Below are positions 61,339 through 64,000 of a DNA stretch of 64,000 nucleotides, piece after piece. Both the position numbers and the translations under genes were made by a program. Source of the DNA: an uncultured Alphaproteobacteria bacterium (lineage in GTDB: Bacteria; Pseudomonadota; Alphaproteobacteria; Rhizobiales; Aestuariivirgaceae); the NCBI GenBank assembly GCA_963753025.1, contig CAVWAY010000006.1:33430-97429 (forward strand), in the 5' to 3' direction. Positions within the stretch are counted from its first letter, which is position 1. Every line of letters starts with the position of its first letter. The notes beneath the pieces were generated by a model. It searched no databases. It had not been told where the DNA came from and worked only from the letters and a program-made list of their open reading frames with translations.

Positions 61339-62820
61339 ATGTCTTTTAGAAAAATGATGACGTGCATGCTGTCGGCAGGCGTGGCTGTCTGCGGACTCAA
61401 CGCTGTTGCATCTGCCGGCGAATTCGACGGTGTGACCGTGAATATCCTGACGCGCCCGGGCTATGTGATTGCGGGCCGCCTTGCCGAGCGCGGCAAGGAG
61501 TTTGAAGCAGCGACCGGCGGCAAGATCGTCGTGACCGAAGTTCCCTTCGCGGAAATCTTCCCGAAAATCCAGGCCGACTGGTCAACCGGCACCAACTCCA
61601 TCGACGTGGGCGTCTTTGCCGCGGGCTGGGGCGTGGAACTTGACGCAGCCGGACTCCTGGAGGACATGGACCCCTACATCGCCAAGGATACGAAGCTCGA
61701 TCTTGCCGACGTGGCGCCTTACTTCCGCGAATTCGGCCAGAAAGTTGGCGGCAAGACCAAGCTCCTGATGGTCGATGGCGATTTCCAGATGGTCTATTAC
61801 CGCAAGGACGTATTGGAAAAAGCCGGCCTGCAGCCGCCCAAGACGTGGCAAGACTATCTTGACGTGGCATCAAAGATCCACGGCCAGGACATGAATGGCG
61901 ACGGCCAGGCTGACTACGGCTCCTGCATCTTCAAGAAGCGCAATGCCCAGTCCTACATGGCGATCCAGACGGTTGCTGCCTCTTTCGTGCAGACCCAGGG
62001 CACAGCCCAGGGCTTCTACTTCGACAACGCCACGATGAAGCCTGTGGTCAACAACGATGCCTGGAAAAAGGCCTTCGAACTCTACAAGGAAACCGGCAAG
62101 TATGGTCCGCCGGAAGAGTTGAACATGGACATCGGCGACACCCGCGCCATTTTCAAGGCTGGCCGTTGCGGCCTGCTCATTGAGTGGGGCGATCCGGGCA
62201 CGCTGCAGCTTGATCCTGATGCCGCCGCCGTGAAGGGCTTGATCTTCGCCGTGGGGGCTGTCGGGACCAAGGAAGTGTTGGACCGCGCCACCGGCAAGCT
62301 CGTGCCCGTGACGAAGGAAAACGCGCCTTACTCGGTTGACGGCATCAATTATGCCCCGTTTGCCGCTTTCGGCGGCTGGGCTGGCGCCATCAACTCCAAG
62401 ATCGACCAGAAGAAGAAGGATGCGGCCTATGCGTTCCTCTCCTACATGAACCAGGCAGCGCAATCGAACGTCGATGTGACGATCGGCGCGACGGGCTACA
62501 ACCCGTACCGCAACTCGCAGCTTGCCAGTACTGACCTGTGGGTGAAGGCCGGCATGCCGGCGGATCTCGCCGAGAACTACCTGGGCGCCATTAACGGCGC
62601 TCTGAACAACCTCAACATGGCTTCCGACATGAAAATCCCGGGTGCGCAGAAGTACACCGGCGTTGTTCTTGACACCGAGCTTGCCCGCTATCTTGCCGGC
62701 GAAATCACGGTGGACGAAGCCCTGAAGAACATCGAAGCGGGCTGGGAAGAAGTGACCGAAGATTTCGGCCGCGACGAACAGATCAAGGCTCAGGCCTTGG
62801 CCATGGGCACTGGTAACTAA
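61339..62820 (+). CDS. Carbohydrate ABC transporter substrate-binding protein
   Basis: Signal peptide; YYRKD, PPKTWQDY, AFGGW. Confidence 0.9.
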   Translation: MSFRKMMTCMLSAGVAVCGLNAVASAGEFDGVTVNILTRPGYVIAGRLAERGKEFEAATGGKIVVTEVPFAEIFPKIQADWSTGTNSIDVGVFAAGWGVELDAAGLLEDMDPYIAKDTKLDLADVAPYFREFGQKVGGKTKLLMVDGDFQMVYYRKDVLEKAGLQPPKTWQDYLDVASKIHGQDMNGDGQADYGSCIFKKRNAQSYMAIQTVAASFVQTQGTAQGFYFDNATMKPVVNNDAWKKAFELYKETGKYGPPEELNMDIGDTRAIFKAGRCGLLIEWGDPGTLQLDPDAAAVKGLIFAVGAVGTKEVLDRATGKLVPVTKENAPYSVDGINYAPFAAFGGWAGAINSKIDQKKKDAAYAFLSYMNQAAQSNVDVTIGATGYNPYRNSQLASTDLWVKAGMPADLAENYLGAINGALNNLNMASDMKIPGAQKYTGVVLDTELARYLAGEITVDEALKNIEAGWEEVTEDFGRDEQIKAQALAMGTGN

Positions 62821-62828
62821 CGCCACCG

Positions 62829-63983
62829 ATGTCGCATACCGACGCAATTGGCCAGCCGGGGAATTCTCCGGCTGGCAACTCTCCTGGGGAGAGCTGGGGT
62901 GAATGGTCTGATCGCCATTCCAGAACGTTTTTCATTACGCCTGCCGTAACCCTGATTCTGATCTTCGCGATCTTCCCGACCTTCTATTCAATTGTTTTTG
63001 CCTTGAGCCGCGTGCGGTTCACCGCCGATGGGCTGCAGTTCCGCTTCGTCGGACTCCAGAATTTCTCCAAGCAGTTCTTCGGCAATGATCAAGTTCACTT
63101 CCTTGGCAAGACCGAGAACATGGGTGTTATCGGTACGGTATTCTTTGTTGCCATTGCTGCCGCCGTTCTCTGGTGGCTCTACCGCTCCCTGAAGATTTCA
63201 AGTTCGGTGGGCATGCTTGGCCGCATCATCTCGGCTGCCATGGCGATTTTCATTGCGTGGATCATCGGCGCCTCGCTGCTTTCCGGCAGCACCATCGGCA
63301 CGCTTCTCACCACTCTCTTTTATGTTTTCGTGGGTTGCGCGCTGCAATTCGCGATCGGAACCGGCCTTGCGTTTCTCTGCTCGCAGCCGATCCTGGGAAA
63401 GAATTTCTTCCGCGTGATCTTCTTCATTCCGCTGATGGTGACGCCGCTTGGCGTTGGTTACGCGATGAAGATGGTTGCCGACATCACGAAAGGGCCCTTT
63501 GAGCCGCTGCTCAGGGGATTTGGCATCGAGGACTGGGTATGGTCGGCCAGCCCATGGGGCGCGCGCTTCGTCATGATGATCTGCGATTCCTGGCAATGGA
63601 TTCCCTTCATCTTCATCTGCATGCTGGCAGCCCTTGAAAACGTGCCGCGTGACCACGTGGAGGCAGCCCAGGTGGACGGCGCTTCAAGCGTCCAGATTTT
63701 CCGCGAGATCACCTGGCCGCAGATCGTGCCGGTTGCCGTGACCGTGCTCCTGATCCGCACCATCGAGGCTTTCAAGATCGTGGACCTGCCAAACATCATG
63801 ACGGGAGGCGGGCCTGGTTCCTCCACCGAATCCATGACGCTGCATTCTCTCTACATCTGGCGCTCCAATGACATCGGCACTTCCGCGGCGGTCGCCTATC
63901 TTCTGCTCATTCTCACGGTAGTCGTGTGTGCCTCCTTCTTCAATTATGTGGTGCTCGGGCAATTGCGGAAGGCGCGCGCATGA
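62829..63983 (+). CDS. Carbohydrate ABC transporter permease
   Basis: FVGLQNF, WQWIPF, EAAQVDGA, TGGGPG. Confidence 0.92.
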   Translation: MSHTDAIGQPGNSPAGNSPGESWGEWSDRHSRTFFITPAVTLILIFAIFPTFYSIVFALSRVRFTADGLQFRFVGLQNFSKQFFGNDQVHFLGKTENMGVIGTVFFVAIAAAVLWWLYRSLKISSSVGMLGRIISAAMAIFIAWIIGASLLSGSTIGTLLTTLFYVFVGCALQFAIGTGLAFLCSQPILGKNFFRVIFFIPLMVTPLGVGYAMKMVADITKGPFEPLLRGFGIEDWVWSASPWGARFVMMICDSWQWIPFIFICMLAALENVPRDHVEAAQVDGASSVQIFREITWPQIVPVAVTVLLIRTIEAFKIVDLPNIMTGGGPGSSTESMTLHSLYIWRSNDIGTSAAVAYLLLILTVVVCASFFNYVVLGQLRKARA

Positions 63984-64000
63984 GCGAGGCATCATTCAAG
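63980..64000 (+). CDS. Start of next gene (probably second ABC permease), 3'-partial
   Basis: ATGA overlap with the permease stop; only 7 codons visible. Confidence 0.45.

Overview
A GC-rich alphaproteobacterial chromosome segment, probably Hyphomicrobiales. This is inferred from UPF0262/DUF2948/MmcB/RegAB-SenC/PdhS-like genes, a tRNA-His without G-1, and CtrA and sigma-EcfG motifs. It holds about 60 CDS and three tRNAs (Phe-GAA, Thr-GGT, His-GTG). I see no integrase, transposase, phage gene, CRISPR array or rRNA. About a dozen genes, including the normally essential murA, are split by single-base indels, most likely assembly errors. Main content: three sugar ABC/catabolic clusters, the conserved tRNA-Thr-murA-...-infA-maf-yacG block (hisD absent, with a palindromic element at that position), PHB-related genes (phasin, phaZ, acetoacetyl-CoA synthetase), regB-regA/senC and a PBP1A. 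The most interesting items are: (1) a carboxylate uptake/sensing locus with DUF4212, an expanded SSS permease, three small membrane proteins, a fused DEDDh exonuclease-CBS-DUF294 nucleotidyltransferase, an SLC5-type hybrid kinase and a NarL regulator, a candidate uncharacterised nucleotidylation switch; (2) a shared TTGCnnnGCAGCAT (PhaR-like) motif linking that locus to the phasin and phaZ; (3) two unannotated 24-25 aa membrane peptides behind back-to-back sigma-EcfG promoters; (4) a perfect 34-bp palindrome over a GntR start codon.
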